Source: Oscillospiraceae bacterium
GTDB taxonomy: Bacteria; Bacillota; Clostridia; Oscillospirales; Ruminococcaceae
Assembly: GCA_017396665.1 (NCBI GenBank)
Contig: JAFQLH010000035.1
Span: 3,206 to 67,205 of the forward strand
DNA length: 64,000 nt
Direction of reading: 5' to 3'
This document shows positions 46,567 through 56,025 of the stretch, one piece after another. Position 1 is the stretch's first letter, and each line of letters opens with the position of its first letter. The notes under the pieces were generated by a model. It worked only from the letters and a program-made list of their open reading frames with translations. It searched no databases and had not been told where the DNA came from. The position numbers were made by a program, and so were the translations under genes.

Positions 46567-48330
46567 ATGTTTCAGATAAAGTGGCTCTGGTACAGCCTCA
46601 AGGGCTATAGAAAGTTTTATATAACAGCCCTGTTCCTGTCGCTTTTGTGTAATGTGCTTTATCTTACAACACCTTATTTCAGTAAGGAAATAGTAGATAC
46701 ATATATTACTTCGGAGAACGCAAGGCAGAATCTCGAAAACAACAGAAACGGCTTTATTATGCTCCTTGTAGGAATGATAGGCTTTACACTTCTTAGAACA
46801 ATAATGCAGTATAGCTGTAATATGACCTACGAAATCTCATCGCAGGGAATGATTTATAAGATAAGAAACAAGCTGTTCGAACGTGTACAGAATCAGGATA
46901 TGAACTTCTACGATAAGAACAGAACAGGCGACCTTATGACAAGACTTACCGGTGACCTCGACGCTGTAAGACACGCAGTTTCATGGGTGTTCAAGGGTAT
47001 GGTAGAGTCAGCATCTCTCTTCGTTGCCTCAATGGTCTACTTCTTTATGATTAACTGGAAAATGGCACTTCTCTTGCTCTCGGTAACACCCTTCATTTTC
47101 GTATTTACTGTAGCATTCAAAAGAGTCGCAGGCCCTGTATATGTAAACTTGAGAGAAAAGCTGTCTAAGCTCAATACCGATGCGCAGGAGAATATCTCAG
47201 GAAACAGAGTAGTAAAAGCCTTCGCAAGAGAAGAATTTGAAAAGGAAAAGTTCGATAATTCCAATAGAGAATTCTCAGCCGCAAATAAAAAAGCAGCTCT
47301 GCTCTGGCTTAAGTTCTCACCGTTTATGGATACCTTTGCTCATACTCTTTCAGCTGTTATGCTGCTCGGTGGCGGTATGTTCCTTATAAACGGTACTCTC
47401 ACAATGGGTGAGTATATCGCAATTTCAGGTCTTATCTGGGCAATCGCTAACCCTATGAGAAACCTCGGTATCTATGTAAATGACCTTCAGAGATTTATGG
47501 CTTCTTCTATGAAGATTATTGAGATTTATTATTCTCAGCCAACAATCGTTGACAGAACAGATGCAGTTGATTCAACCGAGCGTCTTAAGGGCGAAATTGA
47601 GTTTAAGAACGTTTCCTTCAAGTATGGAAAGAATGAAGTCCTCAGCGATATTTCATTTAAGGTTGCACCGGGCGAAACTGTCGCAATTATGGGCGAAACA
47701 GGTTCGGGTAAGACAACCCTCATTAACCTTATCCCAAGATTCTATGACGTAGCTCAGGGCGAGGTTCTTGTAGACGGCGTTAATGTCAGAATGCGTAAGC
47801 TCAAACAGCTAAGAAGAAATATCGGTATGGCAACTCAGGATGTGCTGTTGTACTCTGATACAATCGACGGAAATATCGCATACGGAGATTCTTCAATGCC
47901 TGAGGAAGATGTTAAGAAGTATGCAGAGCTTGCCGCTGCCGATTCGTTTATCTCTAAAATGCCGGACGGTTATGAAACACTTATCGGTGAACGTGGTGTC
48001 GGTCTGTCGGGTGGACAAAAGCAGAGAATCTCTCTCGCAAGAGCACTCGCAGTAAAGCCATCAATACTTATCCTCGACGATACAACCTCAGCAGTCGATA
48101 TGGAAACAGAGGCTCATATCCAGGAAAGCCTAAGAAATCTCGACTTCAATTGTACCAAAATAATAATCGCCCAGCGTATCTCATCAACAAAGGATGCCGA
48201 TAAGATTATTATCTTAAAGGACGGCAGAATTGCCGAAATGGGCACACACGATGAGCTTCTCAAAAACAAGGGATACTATTATGAGGTGTTCACCCTCCAG
48301 AACGAAGGCTTCGGAAAGGAGGCGGTTTAA
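46567..48330 (+). CDS. ABC transporter permease/ATP-binding protein (type 1 exporter half-transporter)
   Basis: It has six TM segments plus an NBD, with GETGSGKTT (Walker A), LSGGQKQR and ILILDD. ATG 46567 lies 7 nt after the AAGGAGG RBS, whereas the track GTG 46561 is only 1 nt after it. Confidence 0.85.
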   Translation: MFQIKWLWYSLKGYRKFYITALFLSLLCNVLYLTTPYFSKEIVDTYITSENARQNLENNRNGFIMLLVGMIGFTLLRTIMQYSCNMTYEISSQGMIYKIRNKLFERVQNQDMNFYDKNRTGDLMTRLTGDLDAVRHAVSWVFKGMVESASLFVASMVYFFMINWKMALLLLSVTPFIFVFTVAFKRVAGPVYVNLREKLSKLNTDAQENISGNRVVKAFAREEFEKEKFDNSNREFSAANKKAALLWLKFSPFMDTFAHTLSAVMLLGGGMFLINGTLTMGEYIAISGLIWAIANPMRNLGIYVNDLQRFMASSMKIIEIYYSQPTIVDRTDAVDSTERLKGEIEFKNVSFKYGKNEVLSDISFKVAPGETVAIMGETGSGKTTLINLIPRFYDVAQGEVLVDGVNVRMRKLKQLRRNIGMATQDVLLYSDTIDGNIAYGDSSMPEEDVKKYAELAAADSFISKMPDGYETLIGERGVGLSGGQKQRISLARALAVKPSILILDDTTSAVDMETEAHIQESLRNLDFNCTKIIIAQRISSTKDADKIIILKDGRIAEMGTHDELLKNKGYYYEVFTLQNEGFGKEAV

Positions 48331-50103
48331 ATGGCAAGAAATCGTTACGACGTAGACGAGGTTCTTGAAACCCCATTTGACTTTGGTCACTTAAAGCGTG
48401 CCTTTGTCTATATGAAAAAGTACCGCAAGAAGATGATTATCGCATTCATCTTAAGCGTGTTTGCCGCAGTGTCAGGACTCCTTGGTCCTATGATTACAAA
48501 GTATGCCCTCGACCATACAATTCCTGAGGGCAATAAAAAAGAGCTTGTGCTTCTCGCTATTTTGCTTGTAGGAACATTTATGATAGCGGTAGTGCTGTCT
48601 AATATCCGCTCAAGAATTATGACTGTTGTCGGACAGGATATTATCTTCGATATCCGTAAGGACCTTTTTGCACATCTCCAGAAGCTCCCGTTTCAGTATT
48701 ACGACGACCGCCCACACGGAAAAATTCTCATCAGAGTTGTAAATTACGTAAACTCTGTGTCGGATATGCTCTCCAACGGCTTTATAAACGTTATCTTAGA
48801 GCTTCTTAATATGGTGTTCATTCTTGTCTTTATGCTTATTACAAGTGTTAAGCTCACACTTGTTGTTCTCGCAGGTCTGCCTCTTTTTGCAATAGTTATG
48901 TTTTCTATCAAGAAGCATCAGCGTAGAGCTTGGCAGGATAATTCAAACAAGAGTTCTAATATGAATGCCTACCTCCAGGAAAATATTATGGGTGCAAGAG
49001 TAACTCAGATATTTGTAAGAGAAGAAGAAAACGCAGCTATATTCGACAGACTATCAAAGAAGTACAGAAAGAGCTGGATGAGAGCCGTATTATTCTCAAA
49101 CCTCGTGTGGCCTTCAACTGATAATATCTCAACACTTGTAAGAGCCGCAATCTTTGCTGTCGGTCTGCTCGTTATGGCTCCTGCAGCTATCTCTCTCGGT
49201 ACAATCGCTGCAATGACAAGCTACGCTTCTCAGTTCTGGCAGCCAATTATGAACCTGTCAAACATCTTCAATAACTTCATCAATAACATAGCTTACCTCG
49301 AAAGAATATTCGAAACTCTCGATGAGCCTGTAGATATTGACGATAAGCCAAATGCACACAAGATGAAGGATATCACAGGAAACATAAGCTTTGAGGATGT
49401 AACCTTTGCTTATGAAGAAGGAAAGAACGTCTTAGAAAATGTTTCATTCGATGTAAAGGCGGGCGAGAGTATAGCACTCGTAGGTCCGACAGGTGCAGGA
49501 AAGTCAACGATTGTATCTCTGCTTTCACGTTTCTATGACGTAAATAAGGGCAGGATTACAATCGACGGCGAGGATATAAGCGAGGTAACGCTCAATTCTC
49601 TCCGTTCTCAGATGGGCATAATGCTCCAGGACAGCTTTATCTTCAGCGGTACAATTGCCGACAATATCAGATACGGCAGACTCGATGCTACTGATGAGGA
49701 AATCCGTAATGCTTGCAAAACTGTCTGTGCAGACGAGTTTATCAGTGAAATGAAAAACGGCTACCGGACCGAAGTCAACGAGCGTGGTTCAATGCTCTCA
49801 GGCGGTCAGAAACAGCTTATCTCTTTTGCAAGAACATTGCTTTCAGACCCTAAGATTTTGGTTCTCGACGAAGCAACCTCGTCAATCGACGCCAAGACAG
49901 AAAGACTTCTCCAGCAGGGACTCAATGAGCTGCTCAAGGGCAGAACGTCGTTTATCATTGCCCACCGACTCTCTACAATCAAAAACTGTGATAAGATTAT
50001 GTATATCAATAACAAGGGCATTACTGAATGTGGCTCGCATGAAGAACTGCTCGCTAAGAAGGGTGACTACTACCACCTATATACATCACAGCATATTGCG
50101 TAA
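48331..50103 (+). CDS. ABC transporter permease/ATP-binding protein (partner half-transporter)
   Basis: 590 aa with GPTGAGKST, LSGGQKQL and ILVLDEATS. Its start abuts the previous gene's stop. Confidence 0.85.
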   Translation: MARNRYDVDEVLETPFDFGHLKRAFVYMKKYRKKMIIAFILSVFAAVSGLLGPMITKYALDHTIPEGNKKELVLLAILLVGTFMIAVVLSNIRSRIMTVVGQDIIFDIRKDLFAHLQKLPFQYYDDRPHGKILIRVVNYVNSVSDMLSNGFINVILELLNMVFILVFMLITSVKLTLVVLAGLPLFAIVMFSIKKHQRRAWQDNSNKSSNMNAYLQENIMGARVTQIFVREEENAAIFDRLSKKYRKSWMRAVLFSNLVWPSTDNISTLVRAAIFAVGLLVMAPAAISLGTIAAMTSYASQFWQPIMNLSNIFNNFINNIAYLERIFETLDEPVDIDDKPNAHKMKDITGNISFEDVTFAYEEGKNVLENVSFDVKAGESIALVGPTGAGKSTIVSLLSRFYDVNKGRITIDGEDISEVTLNSLRSQMGIMLQDSFIFSGTIADNIRYGRLDATDEEIRNACKTVCADEFISEMKNGYRTEVNERGSMLSGGQKQLISFARTLLSDPKILVLDEATSSIDAKTERLLQQGLNELLKGRTSFIIAHRLSTIKNCDKIMYINNKGITECGSHEELLAKKGDYYHLYTSQHIA

Positions 50104-50106
50104 ACC

Positions 50107-50146
50107 TAATAACCGTTGCCGAAGAAGGCAACGGTTATTATTTATG
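50107..50146 (+). terminator. Rho-independent terminator (14-bp perfect stem)
   Basis: taataaccgttgcc-gaagaa-ggcaacggttatta followed by tttatg. Confidence 0.7.
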
Positions 50147-50183
50147 TACAAAAGCAATCAAGAAAATTTATATGAAATGTCAG

Positions 50184-50212
50184 TATTCATTTTGATTATA
50201 ATATGATATAAT
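50184..50212 (+). promoter_or_regulatory. Weak candidate promoter for the CotH gene: TATTCA-17-TGaTATAAT
   Basis: It has a poor -35 hexamer but an extended -10 (tga tataat at 50204-50212). Confidence 0.3.
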
Positions 50213-50280
50213 TTTATTAAACTCAAATAATGTGATAAATCGACTTGTTTAGTCCAAATATAAGAAAGTGGTGTTAAGAT

Positions 50281-52305
50281 ATGAAACGAACGCTGGCTAT
50301 GCTTTTGTCATTCACAATGCTGTGCGGTATGCTTGCATCCTGCAGTAATTCAGACAGCTCTTCATCTATAGTTGATAGTGGCTCATCAGTAACAGACTCA
50401 AAACCAACTGATGACAGCAGCGAAGTCAAGGATAGCGCACCTGACGACAATAGTAGCGAACCCGAAAAGCCAAGAGAACCGTATGCGCCGAAGGACGTTG
50501 TATGGTCAATTCCTGAACAAAAGGGAATGTTCTCTGCAGGAAGCGGTGTCTATGAAGCTGAGTTTGAACTTACATTGTCCGGTGGAGAAAATATACTGTA
50601 TACAACTGACGGCAGCGACCCTACAATCAGCGAAACAGCACAGCAGTATTCTGCACCAATCAAAATTACCGACAGAAAGAACGATAAAAACGTTATTGCC
50701 GCAATAGACCCAAATCTCTTTGATGCAGCAAACGTAGAGATTAATTCGACAGGTGACGGCTTTGAAACAAAGCTCAGTCTGCCATCTGACAGTGATGTCG
50801 ATAAGTGTACAGTAATCAGAGCCGTTGTAAAAAACGAAGACGGAAGCTTTGGCGAGGTCCAGACTGAAACTTATTTTGTCGGCAGTATGTATGACCATAT
50901 CAAAGGAATAGGTGAGAGCAGTTATGCTTGGAATAATAGCCTTGCAGTAATTTCAATCAGTGCAAACTTTGACGATTTCTTTGACAGTACAACAGGTATC
51001 TACGTCAAGGGCGATGTCTATGATAAAGCTCTTGCAAGCTTCCTTGCTGAAGGCAACAGACTTACCTATGATGATTCAAGAGCCCTTGATGCTAACTATA
51101 AGCAGAAGGGAAGAGCTTGGGAAAGAGAAATCAGCATTAACTTCTTTGAGTCTGATGGTGCAGTTACAGAATGTGTGCTTTCACAGGATTGCGGTGTAAG
51201 AATTCAGGGCAACTTTTCCCGTTCAGACTTGCAGAAGGGCCTAAGACTTTTTGCAAGAAATGATTATGGCGACAACAACTTCAGATATGAAGTGTTCAAG
51301 GGTCTGACAGATGATAACGGTGAAATTCTGGATAAGTTCAAAACACTTACTTTGAGAGCAGGCGGAAACTGTGCCTTCACAACAAAGTATAGCGATACCT
51401 ACTGGCAGTCGCTTGTAACAGAGCTCGACTGCGATACAAAGGCTTCAAGACCTTGCGTCGTATATCTAAACGGTGAGTATTTCGGACTCTATGTGCTTGA
51501 GGAAGATTATGAGTCAGACTACTTTGAAGACCACCACGGCGTTAATAAGGATGATGTTGTGCTCTATAAGGGCGATGCTGAATCACTTGCACTTGGATTC
51601 AAGCTTGATTTAGGCGAGCTTCCGGAAGGTCAGAAGAATGAAGAATACTATTTCAGAGAGCTTTACAGGTTTTTTGATACACATGAAAGCTTAAAGTCTG
51701 AAAGTGATTATGAGAAATTCAAAGAGCTTGTTGATACTGACTCAGTAAGAGACTATTTCGCTGTCCAGATATGGATAAATAACAAGTGGGACTGGCCGGG
51801 CAAGAACTGGTCAATGTGGAAAACAACAACCGTTGACGATTCAAATGAGTACAACGACGGTCGCTGGAGACTTTGCTTCTACGATATGGAGTTCGGCGGT
51901 GTAAGCGGCGGCGGTGACGCTCGGACAAACACCATAAAGGACGATAACTATAAAACCTACGGCTTGCTTGATACAGATACAAGAAACCCTGCAGTGCTTT
52001 GCTTTGCATATCTTATGACAAATGATAGCTGGCGTGAGGATTTTTACTCTACACTTCGTGGCCTGAGCGAAGGACTTTTCTCTGAAGAAAATGCAATCGA
52101 GCAGCTTGATGTCTTCAAGGATTCCTATACACCGCTCTATGATACCTTCTTTGATAGATACCCTGGTACAGGAAGTGCGGATAACTCAAACTATGGCGGA
52201 TATGCAAGCTACCAGTGTATCAAGGACTTTGTAGAAGAAAGACCTGACCATATTGAAAAGATGATTACATGGGCAGATAAAACACTTGAAAGAATGTATG
52301 GATAA
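50281..52305 (+). CDS. CotH kinase family lipoprotein
   Basis: 674 aa. The signal peptide has a lipobox (MLASC). A S/D-rich linker and an ILYTTDGSDPT (chitobiase/FN3-associated-like) segment follow. LRAGGN...YLNGEYFGLYVLEEDY resembles the CotH core from memory. Confidence 0.7.
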   Translation: MKRTLAMLLSFTMLCGMLASCSNSDSSSSIVDSGSSVTDSKPTDDSSEVKDSAPDDNSSEPEKPREPYAPKDVVWSIPEQKGMFSAGSGVYEAEFELTLSGGENILYTTDGSDPTISETAQQYSAPIKITDRKNDKNVIAAIDPNLFDAANVEINSTGDGFETKLSLPSDSDVDKCTVIRAVVKNEDGSFGEVQTETYFVGSMYDHIKGIGESSYAWNNSLAVISISANFDDFFDSTTGIYVKGDVYDKALASFLAEGNRLTYDDSRALDANYKQKGRAWEREISINFFESDGAVTECVLSQDCGVRIQGNFSRSDLQKGLRLFARNDYGDNNFRYEVFKGLTDDNGEILDKFKTLTLRAGGNCAFTTKYSDTYWQSLVTELDCDTKASRPCVVYLNGEYFGLYVLEEDYESDYFEDHHGVNKDDVVLYKGDAESLALGFKLDLGELPEGQKNEEYYFRELYRFFDTHESLKSESDYEKFKELVDTDSVRDYFAVQIWINNKWDWPGKNWSMWKTTTVDDSNEYNDGRWRLCFYDMEFGGVSGGGDARTNTIKDDNYKTYGLLDTDTRNPAVLCFAYLMTNDSWREDFYSTLRGLSEGLFSEENAIEQLDVFKDSYTPLYDTFFDRYPGTGSADNSNYGGYASYQCIKDFVEERPDHIEKMITWADKTLERMYG

Positions 52306-52307
52306 TT

Positions 52308-52349
52308 AAAAAAGCTTCGAGGAGTGAAATCCTCGAAGCTTTTATTTGT
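52308..52349. terminator. Bidirectional rho-independent terminator (14-bp perfect stem) shared by the CotH gene and the SPFH operon
   Basis: aaaagcttcgagga-gtgaaa-tcctcgaagctttt, flanked by an A-tract (5') and a T-tract (3'). Confidence 0.85.
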
Positions 52350-52368
52350 TCTTAATATGTCAGAGGTA

Positions 52369-53811
52369 TTAGCCCTGGATATCAGAATCGTTGAATGGGT
52401 CACCGCACTGTGGGCAGAACTTAGGTGGGTTCTTAGGGTCAGCAGGTTCCCAACCGCACTTATCACACTTGTAAAGTGGTTCAGCTGCAGGCTTCTTAGC
52501 ACCGCATTCCATACAGAACTTGCCCTTGTTAACAGCACCGCATGAGCATGTCCAACCGTCAGCTGCAGGAGCCGGAGCCGGCTTGGACTTTCCACATTCC
52601 ATACAGAATTTGCTTGTGTTTGTAGCACCACATTCACATGTCCAGCTATCAGCTGCAGGAGCTGTCGGAGCAGGAGCAGCCTGCTGTGGAGCCTGTGCAA
52701 CGCCGGCGTTCATCATCTGCTGTGGCATCTGCTGCATTGGGGACTGAGGCTGCTGGTAGCCGCCCTGCATACCCATCTGCTGCTGTTGCATGTACATCTG
52801 CTGCTGGTAAGCCATAGGGTCCTGCATTGGAGCACCCATTCCGCCGCCAGCCATGTTCATACCCATAAATCCGACAGCAGCACCGCCTGCGTTGTTAGCA
52901 GCAGCTTCACGAGCAGCGTTGATGCTCATTCTGTCCATTGAGTAGAGAAGGCCCTGGTTCTGAGCAGTAGCAGCTTCCTGGAACTTAGCGATTCTTTCCT
53001 TGCTAGCGTCGTCAACGTTGAGTTCGAGAGCAAGAGTTGTCATTTCAATACCACGCTTTTCGAGCCATACATCTCTGAGCTCCTCGTTCATTGCAGCAGC
53101 GAGCTCGTCCGGGTAAGCACCAAGCTGGTCATATGGAATTCTCTGAGCAGAAATCTTAGTGAGAGCCTTTGTGAACTTAGGCTTCATTTCCTTCTTCATA
53201 GCTGAAATGAGCTGTGCACCGTCACCTGAGGTTCTTGTAAGAGTTCTTGAAGGGTCCATCATTACGTTTTCATAGAAAGCAACAGGGTTGGAAATCTTGA
53301 ATTCGTAAGTACCGTGTGCCATAGCATTGAGAGAAAGGTTCATTTCACCATCTCTGAATGGAATGTTACCAAATCCGATAGGGTTGTTAAGAAGTGGCTT
53401 GCAGTTGATGTATACAAGACGCATTGTGTTAGTGGACTGACCACCAGCAGTAAATCTTGAAGCCATATTCTTAATTGATGGCCAGATGTCCTTAAGACCG
53501 CCACCAAGAAGTGAAGGCTCAACAGCACTGTCGTACTTGTACTGACCTGCAAGGTCATTTGAGTCTGCGTAAACGAAATCGTGAACCTTTCCGTTTTCAA
53601 CGAGAACGGCAGCCTGACCGATAGCAACGTCAAACAGAGAACCGTTTGTGATTACAGCATCAGAAGCGTTGTTGACAACATTACCACGCATAACCTTTGT
53701 AGCAGCTACGCAAAGGTGGTCCTGTGTCATACCGTCACATCTGAAGTAATCCTTAACCTGGTCCTGAAGGTTTGTTGTTACGGCACCCTTAATCATTTGA
53801 ATTAATCCCAT
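52369..53811 (-). CDS. SPFH (stomatin/prohibitin/flotillin)-domain protein of the YdjI/COG4260 type with a Q/M-rich linker and three C-terminal zinc ribbons
   Basis: About 480 aa. The N-terminal region resembles the YdjI-type SPFH/virion-core-like family from memory. The tail has WTCECG..FCMECG, WTCSCG..FCMECG and YKCDKCG..FCPQCG. The start is set to ATG 53811 (MGLIQMIKG), because the track start at 53832 contains the AGGAGG RBS. Confidence 0.75.
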   Translation of the reverse strand: MGLIQMIKGAVTTNLQDQVKDYFRCDGMTQDHLCVAATKVMRGNVVNNASDAVITNGSLFDVAIGQAAVLVENGKVHDFVYADSNDLAGQYKYDSAVEPSLLGGGLKDIWPSIKNMASRFTAGGQSTNTMRLVYINCKPLLNNPIGFGNIPFRDGEMNLSLNAMAHGTYEFKISNPVAFYENVMMDPSRTLTRTSGDGAQLISAMKKEMKPKFTKALTKISAQRIPYDQLGAYPDELAAAMNEELRDVWLEKRGIEMTTLALELNVDDASKERIAKFQEAATAQNQGLLYSMDRMSINAAREAAANNAGGAAVGFMGMNMAGGGMGAPMQDPMAYQQQMYMQQQQMGMQGGYQQPQSPMQQMPQQMMNAGVAQAPQQAAPAPTAPAADSWTCECGATNTSKFCMECGKSKPAPAPAADGWTCSCGAVNKGKFCMECGAKKPAAEPLYKCDKCGWEPADPKNPPKFCPQCGDPFNDSDIQG

Positions 53812-53874
53812 ATCACATTTCCTCCTAATCATTAGCCCGAAGGCTTAGTTTTTTTATATATAACATCCGTAAGA

Positions 53875-54543
53875 CTAGAATCTTCTTACGTCAGTTATTT
53901 TCCATGCTCTTTCAGTTGCGTCCTTTGTAACAGCACAGTCACAGAAAGGACAGGATGTTGCGTTTTCATCTTCTACAATACCGCCGCAATGGTCACACAC
54001 AAACGCACCCTCAAAACAGCTCATACATATAAAATATATCTGTCCGTTCGGATAATCGGGGTCAGCAGGGGTGAACTGAAGCCTTACCTTAAGCATAATA
54101 TGCGGGTTAGGCGGCTGCGGATTGTATCTTGTAATTTCCGGCGTGGAAACCGATTTTTCATACCAAGGTATGCGTTTTACAGCAATGAATCGCTTGACTT
54201 TGTTTGTCGCCTTTTCATCGCATATCTTAAGAAATGATTTGTATTCATCTTTCGGTCTGCTTCTGAATGCGTCAGCCAGCATTTCAGAAAAGGTCTGAGC
54301 ACAGCTTATAGCATATGATGCGTCGAAGTCAGGGTAGTCATTGAGGATAGCTTCAACAGCTCTGCTTTGTCCCGGATTTGCCATCTGCTTGTTACTGCCG
54401 AGTGCAAGAAGCGTTTCTTTCTGAATGTTAAGCTCCATCTGCTTTTCATTCATGAACCCGTCATCCTGTTGTCTTTTGTAGCTTATAGCTGTGTCAATTG
54501 CCGAACCTAAAACCTGACCTAAAAGCCTTTCTAATAATCCCAC
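53875..54543 (-). CDS. Zinc-ribbon protein, paralogue 3 (no TM segment; amphipathic N-terminus)
   Basis: 222 aa with a GTG start 8 nt after an AGGAGA RBS. It has a YPDFD motif, CDHCG-x11-CPFC and a terminal RAWKITDVRRF. It shares this architecture with the two upstream genes. Confidence 0.6.
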   Translation of the reverse strand: MGLLERLLGQVLGSAIDTAISYKRQQDDGFMNEKQMELNIQKETLLALGSNKQMANPGQSRAVEAILNDYPDFDASYAISCAQTFSEMLADAFRSRPKDEYKSFLKICDEKATNKVKRFIAVKRIPWYEKSVSTPEITRYNPQPPNPHIMLKVRLQFTPADPDYPNGQIYFICMSCFEGAFVCDHCGGIVEDENATSCPFCDCAVTKDATERAWKITDVRRF

Positions 54544-54563
54544 TTGAGTCTTCTCCTATCTGG

Positions 54564-55244
54564 TTATTTTCCAATGTACTTGAGTCTGTTATCGATTCTG
54601 TCAATGTTTACAACAGCCCAGCTTCTGTCCTGATTAAAGTTTTCAATCTTGCTTCCGCAGAATTCACAAGTCTTTTCAAGCTTGCTCTTGTCAGAAATCG
54701 GAGCTCCGCAGGAAGGACAGGTGAGACTGTGCTTAGAGGTTTTTTCTCTTACAATCTTTGCATACTTAAGTGCATATTTTGCTTCAAAAAGGTTTTCTCT
54801 TTCACCGGAGCAATAGTCAACAAAAGCTATGCATTTTAAAGTAAGCTCATTACCCATAACAATGTAGTCAACGAATTTGACATCAGTAACCTTTGGCTTG
54901 GAATAAGGAACCTTAGTTATATTTATTTCGTGTGAAAGCTCAGCGATAACACCCTTTGAGCAGTATTCGTTGAACACCGATAGGTCCTCCTGCTTTGTGC
55001 CGACAGCGAGAATGTACTTTTCAAGAAACTGTGCAACCTTGAAAGATTCTACCTGCATGTTGAAATCCGGAGCGTTCTTTGAAAGATAAACCTCCATAGG
55101 CTCTTTGACAACATATCCGTTTTCAATTGTACGAGGTATGTTGTTGGTAGTGGTTGGCGGATTGTTTCTTCTTGCAGCTTCTTCAATAATAACAACAATA
55201 GCCATTACAATAAATAATATTATGTATATTACGATTTCGTCCAT
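54564..55244 (-). CDS. Membrane-anchored zinc-ribbon protein, paralogue 2
   Basis: 226 aa with an N-terminal TM segment (IVIYIILFIVMAIVVII), an APDFN motif, CPSCG-x13-CEFC and a terminal RSWAVVNIDRI. Confidence 0.6.
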   Translation of the reverse strand: MDEIVIYIILFIVMAIVVIIEEAARRNNPPTTTNNIPRTIENGYVVKEPMEVYLSKNAPDFNMQVESFKVAQFLEKYILAVGTKQEDLSVFNEYCSKGVIAELSHEINITKVPYSKPKVTDVKFVDYIVMGNELTLKCIAFVDYCSGERENLFEAKYALKYAKIVREKTSKHSLTCPSCGAPISDKSKLEKTCEFCGSKIENFNQDRSWAVVNIDRIDNRLKYIGK

Positions 55245-55266
55245 GACGATATTTTCCCCTATAAAT

Positions 55267-55992
55267 TTAGTATGTAGTTCTTCTTAAGTCTGTAACCTTC
55301 CAGGTTCTGTCCACAGAAACAGCCGCAACAGCTGAATCACAGTAAGGACAAACCTTTGCACCGAGTGTGTTTATCGGAGCACCGCAATGTGAACAAATTA
55401 TACTTGCCATCTCGCCCTGAGCACCGGTTTCAATGAAGTAGCTGTATGTAACAGTGTACTTTTCCTGTGTGAGCCTGTTTGTGCTGCTTGGAACATACTG
55501 AAGCGCAAGCTGAAAGTATATATCAGCCTCGTCGTTTGTCTTCTTGTAGTCTGAAATAACAAGCTTGTGAACCTTTACCTGAGAGTAGGTGGTTGAAGCT
55601 GTGTCAGCAAACTGTGCAGCCATAAGCTCAATAAACTGTCTTGAGCAGGTGTCCTCAAAGTCGCTAAGGTCAGTCCTGTGAGCCTTCATTGCAGCAAAGT
55701 ATTCATTAACAAAAGACTTTATGTATGTTTTTGCAAGCGACGGATTGAATTCAGGGAAGTCCTTCATTATACGCTTGAGATGGATAGACTCAACACCTGA
55801 AAGTGTTTTCGGTGTGTGCATCTGTTCTTCATCTGCAGCCTTGATTGTGTTCATAACCTCAGAAATCTGTCCCAGTGACCTTTTAACCTTTCGGATACTT
55901 GCTCTGATTTTGACATAAACAGCATATATAGCTCCGATAACAATAAGGACAATAACGAGTTTTATAATCAGCTTGATTGTTTCCTGGTCCAA
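55267..55992 (-). CDS. Membrane-anchored zinc-ribbon protein, paralogue 1
   Basis: 241 aa with a TTG start after an AAAGGTGA RBS. It has an N-terminal TM segment (LIIKLVIVLIVIGAIYAVYV), an FPEFN motif, CSHCG-x11-CPYC and a terminal RTWKVTDLRR. Confidence 0.6.
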   Translation of the reverse strand: MDQETIKLIIKLVIVLIVIGAIYAVYVKIRASIRKVKRSLGQISEVMNTIKAADEEQMHTPKTLSGVESIHLKRIMKDFPEFNPSLAKTYIKSFVNEYFAAMKAHRTDLSDFEDTCSRQFIELMAAQFADTASTTYSQVKVHKLVISDYKKTNDEADIYFQLALQYVPSSTNRLTQEKYTVTYSYFIETGAQGEMASIICSHCGAPINTLGAKVCPYCDSAVAAVSVDRTWKVTDLRRTTY

Positions 55993-56025
55993 TCTGCGTC
56001 ACCTTTCTTTTTGGTAATTATCAGC

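Noticed and set aside
52660-52850. CTG/CAG-rich repetitive stretch considered as a slippage-prone contingency (phase-variation) tract.
   Set aside because: The repeats are imperfect, with no homopolymer or perfect microsatellite run. They encode the in-frame Q/M-rich linker and are reported as a protein feature instead.
53832-53856. Hairpin-plus-T7 (agcc-cgaa-ggct then ttagttttttt) that would read as a plus-strand terminator between two minus-strand operon genes.
   Set aside because: The stem is only 4 bp. There is no plus-strand gene to terminate. On the minus strand there is no U-tract. It is probably fortuitous, or at most a minor RNA structure in the intercistronic region.
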